DNA from: a virus
Taxonomy: Duplodnaviria; Caudoviricetes
Length of the DNA stretch: 64,000 bases
Reading direction: 5' to 3' (one strand)
Virus record (IMG/VR): IMGVR_UViG_2926558313_000004
Location: 64,001 to 128,000 of that record
Below are positions 60,767 to 64,000 of this stretch, in pieces. The translations under genes and the position numbers were made by a program. A model generated the notes under the pieces. That model was not told where the DNA came from. It worked only from the letters and a program-made list of their open reading frames with translations, and searched no databases. Within the stretch, counting starts at the first letter, position 1. Each line of letters begins with the position of its first letter.

Positions 60767-61819
60767 ATGAATATTAATAAACCTTTTAATATTAACTTAA
60801 AAGGTGGAAATTTTGATTTTAACGAATCTCGACGGATTACTTGGCAAGTGTCAGGAGCAATTCAAACAAGTTTTGCCATTAACATCTATAGAAATGATAC
60901 AGACAATTTAGTATGGTCACTCCCCCAAACAAATAGTTACAATCAGAACTATACTTTAGCTGCCGGATCAATAGCGAACGGTTATGAATATAAAATCCAA
61001 ATTCAAGTGTGGGCTGAAAATGGTTCTACTGCTTCATCATATGCGGAAGTATTCAGAGCATCCACAAAGCCAACGGTTAATATTACTACAACTGGTATTA
61101 TCAATAATGCATCTGCTCTTTTCGAAGCTGAATATTCTCAAATTGAAGGAGTGTCAATGCGCTCCTATCAGGCTTTTCTCTATAATTCAGCAGAGGTATT
61201 GATTAACTCCTCCCCTATCTTAACCGGACTACCTTTGCAACACTTGTTCACTGGTTTACAAAGTGATAGTACATATTATATTGAATTTCAGGCAACCAGC
61301 AATTACGGATTAATTGGCGCAAGTGGGAAAATACAGTTTAATGTTTTATATGGTCAACCGACCATTAACATATTACCTGTAGCAGAGAATATACCCGAAT
61401 TAGCTGCTGTTCGCTTAAGTTGGAATGTTCTACAGATTATAGCTAAGCCCATATGCGAAGATGAAGAAATGATATTTCTGGATGATCCTAATGATATAAA
61501 TAATAAAATGTTAGATTTGCGTGATAGCTGTGGAATTTATTTTGATGAGGGATTTCGATTAGACAAAAATGGAACAGTTAGCTTATGGCTAGAGAAGCCT
61601 ACACATAAGCAAAATTTATTAATTTTACGTGGGCAAACTGGAGAATTCAGATTGCAATATAATGATATTTATGAGTGCTTTTTCCTATATAAAATCAAGT
61701 TTTTATCTGGACTTCGCACCTTCTGGGCAAGTAATAAAGTAGAAAGAAATAAGCGATATTACGTTGAGTTTAGACAAATAAATAATGATGTTGATTTTAA
61801 GGCATTAGCCTTAGATTGA
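60767..61819 (+). CDS. Tail tip/baseplate protein with FN3-like beta repeats
   Basis: GYEYKIQIQVW and GLQSDSTYYIEFQA FN3-like patterns; follows tape measure gene. Confidence 0.65.
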   Translation: MNINKPFNINLKGGNFDFNESRRITWQVSGAIQTSFAINIYRNDTDNLVWSLPQTNSYNQNYTLAAGSIANGYEYKIQIQVWAENGSTASSYAEVFRASTKPTVNITTTGIINNASALFEAEYSQIEGVSMRSYQAFLYNSAEVLINSSPILTGLPLQHLFTGLQSDSTYYIEFQATSNYGLIGASGKIQFNVLYGQPTINILPVAENIPELAAVRLSWNVLQIIAKPICEDEEMIFLDDPNDINNKMLDLRDSCGIYFDEGFRLDKNGTVSLWLEKPTHKQNLLILRGQTGEFRLQYNDIYECFFLYKIKFLSGLRTFWASNKVERNKRYYVEFRQINNDVDFKALALD

Positions 61820-61832
61820 AAGGAGATGAAAA

Positions 61833-63809
61833 ATGGTTCCTTATAATTTTAGAGGTAACTATAATTCCTCTTATGACTATGAAAGATATGATGTAGTTTT
61901 ATATAGACCAGACGAAGATTCTTCACGGAGAATCTTTTTTTGTTTGAATCAGAACAGCTCAAGTGATCCTCAAACTCCAAATATCAATGCAGATACAGAC
62001 TATTGGGCAATACTCAACGATGGCTCTCAATTCCCTAATAGTGTAGATACATTTAATTTACAGTCAACAATAACGAATAGTGATAAACCAAAAGTTCAGA
62101 GGTATTTTGAATTATCTGCTATGACAAGTAGGACTCCTGAACTAGATGATGAACTAGATCAGTTAACAGGAGAAATTAGAAATAAGCTACTTTTACCACA
62201 GGATATCAATAAAATTCAAGAAGCTGTTCAAAACTTGCAGATGTTTTTATTGAGTGAAATTGTGGGTTATTTGAAGGAAAAACAAGATGAATGGAATGCA
62301 ACACTTAATGAATTTAGGGATCGTGGAGCTTATGTAAATTCTACTCAATATTACAAATGGAATACTGTTCAATATATGGATCAAACATATATGGCTAAAC
62401 AAGATACACTTGGAAATTTACCAACAAACTCTACTTATTGGCAATTGATTGCTAAAAAGGGGTTACAAGGTGATTCGGGTGAAAAAGGCGATGATGGTAT
62501 TGATTTGGTATTTAAAGGGGCTTATGACCCTTCCTATATTTATGAAACTAATCATGCCGTTGAGTATTTGGGTTCTGTTTATAAATGTACCTCACAATCA
62601 ATTGGCAATGTTCCTACAGATGAGAACTTTTGGGAATTATTCGTATCTAAAGGAGCAAGTCATCGTCTAATTGTGCGTACTAATTCGGTCACTCTTGATC
62701 AGACGGAATCAGTCGTCTACATACAAATTCCTGAATTTAACGCTTCAACAGATACTTTACTTGTTTCTCAAAATACAACCGTATTAACCAGAGGCGTACA
62801 TTACACTCTAAATGGCAACGTATATATTCAAAAAACAAATGGTACATGGGATGAAGGTACAAGATTTACATTTTGGGTATTTAAAAATGCTTATGAAACA
62901 GTTATCTACTCCGATGGAACTTTAATTGAACATGGCTCGATTGGTAATGAACAGTTGAATAGCGATATAAAAATTGGTTCATTACAAGAATTAGAAACCG
63001 AATATAAAGATGACATAGTCGGCGCAATTAATGAAGTAAAAGTAAATCTAGATGAAACTAATGATAATGTCTCTAGTTTGAACCAAGATTTAGAAGATCA
63101 TATTAATACATTTGCTTCAACTACTCAGCGAGGTCATGTTTTACTAAGTGACTCGACTACTAGTGATTCATCTGAAACAGGTGCAACATCTAAAGCAGTA
63201 AAATCCGCTATGGATCGTGCCGATGCAGCTTTTACGTCAGCCAGTAATGGGAAAAATCAAATTGCTACCGCCATTACTGGAAAAGGTGTACCAGCGAGTG
63301 GTAGCGATACATTTACTCAACTAGCAAATAAAATTGAACAAATAGCCACAGAATATGCCAAGAGTAGAGTCCTATTAGATAATGTAAATCAACTTCCTAT
63401 AGTTAATGAATACTGGGAAATGGGACTATATCACAGAGTAGGCTCGATATCAATGAGTGATACAAGTTTTTCCATAGCTATTCACAATGATTACGTTCCA
63501 GTTAGTACTGTTGTTAGTAAAGAAAGAATAGATTTAAATGGAATAAATTCAATCTTTATCTACATGAATACAGATAGCACTATAATGGGTAGAGCTGGAA
63601 TGATTTCTATTTCGGATAACAAGTCTACTGGAGTAAATGACTTTATCAGGCAATGGAGCGTTGAAGAATATACTGGAAGTATGCAACTTATGATATTGGA
63701 TGTTTCAGATATAAATGGTAGTCATTATATTAAATTCGGCTATGAAGATCCACCTAGCAGTAGTGGATCTTATTGGAGAATGCGTATTAATGGAGTTTAT
63801 CTAGTTTGA
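61833..63809 (+). CDS. Tail fibre/receptor-binding protein
   Basis: Repeated G.Y...Y...V.Y...P....YW carbohydrate-binding-like modules, collagen-like GLQGDSGEKGDDG, fibre repeat ASTTQRGHVLLSD...ATSKAVK. Confidence 0.82.
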   Translation: MVPYNFRGNYNSSYDYERYDVVLYRPDEDSSRRIFFCLNQNSSSDPQTPNINADTDYWAILNDGSQFPNSVDTFNLQSTITNSDKPKVQRYFELSAMTSRTPELDDELDQLTGEIRNKLLLPQDINKIQEAVQNLQMFLLSEIVGYLKEKQDEWNATLNEFRDRGAYVNSTQYYKWNTVQYMDQTYMAKQDTLGNLPTNSTYWQLIAKKGLQGDSGEKGDDGIDLVFKGAYDPSYIYETNHAVEYLGSVYKCTSQSIGNVPTDENFWELFVSKGASHRLIVRTNSVTLDQTESVVYIQIPEFNASTDTLLVSQNTTVLTRGVHYTLNGNVYIQKTNGTWDEGTRFTFWVFKNAYETVIYSDGTLIEHGSIGNEQLNSDIKIGSLQELETEYKDDIVGAINEVKVNLDETNDNVSSLNQDLEDHINTFASTTQRGHVLLSDSTTSDSSETGATSKAVKSAMDRADAAFTSASNGKNQIATAITGKGVPASGSDTFTQLANKIEQIATEYAKSRVLLDNVNQLPIVNEYWEMGLYHRVGSISMSDTSFSIAIHNDYVPVSTVVSKERIDLNGINSIFIYMNTDSTIMGRAGMISISDNKSTGVNDFIRQWSVEEYTGSMQLMILDVSDINGSHYIKFGYEDPPSSSGSYWRMRINGVYLV

Positions 63810-63858
63810 ATTAAAAAAATTCAATAAATCTAAAGATGTTAATAAGGAGGTGATTCAT

Positions 63859-64000
63859 ATTCCAGTATTAGGTTTTTCTGCATACGGATATAACACAGAA
63901 TATGAATCCCCTACTTCACCAGTAAGGGATTTTTATTATGGAGAAATGAACCATGCTATTTTTGATGAGATTCACATTAGAGAGCGTGTAGATGTACCAT
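63859..64000 (+). CDS. Tail protein, 5' part (truncated by window end; apparent ATT start)
   Basis: AAGGAGGTG RBS then open frame IPVLGFSAYGY...AIFDEIHI. Confidence 0.55.
   Translation, partial: MPVLGFSAYGYNTEYESPTSPVRDFYYGEMNHAIFDEIHIRERVDVP

Larger units (their letters stand above)
1..64000. mobile_element. Segment of an SPbeta-like large temperate phage (prophage or phage-plasmid); both ends lie outside the window
   Basis: Gene order YonO-like RNAP, HU, YonK, YonJ, terminase, portal, capsid, tail tube, tyrosine recombinase, SLT/M23 tape measure mirrors Bacillus phage SPbeta; Firmicutes RBSs (AAGGAGG), frequent TTG starts. Confidence 0.92.

Noticed and set aside
1-64000. tRNA, rRNA, att sites, aimR/aimP arbitrium genes, lysis cassette
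   Set aside because: None recognised in this window; probably located outside it

Overview
AT-rich 64 kb segment of a large SPbeta-like temperate Bacillaceae siphophage (prophage or phage-plasmid); no host housekeeping operon, tRNA, rRNA or CRISPR array was seen. Left arm (1-22400, minus strand): small early genes behind repeated sigmaA promoters sharing a 20-bp operator, two type I toxin-antitoxin-like loci, a long skewed non-coding region, UvrD and RecD2 helicases, an HTH Rep-like gene next to an iteron array, and an unusual cassette of TubR-TubZ, a GGTAAC repeat array, M23 peptidase, pilin-like, VirB6-like and FtsK genes. Right arm (22600-64000, plus strand): YonO-type single-subunit RNA polymerase, HU, PIN-PhoH, phosphoesterase, ClpP-like protease, terminase, portal, head and tail genes, tyrosine recombinase, an accessory island (GNAT, RsfA-domain regulator interrupted by a TnpB-only IS200/IS605 element, MazF/PemK-like gene followed by a repeat-containing small RNA), tape measure and tail fibre genes. 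Four group I introns can be delimited to the base: one with a LAGLIDADG-AP2 endonuclease inside the terminase Walker A motif and three ORF-less introns in the tape measure gene. All family assignments come from motif recognition by eye, not database searches.
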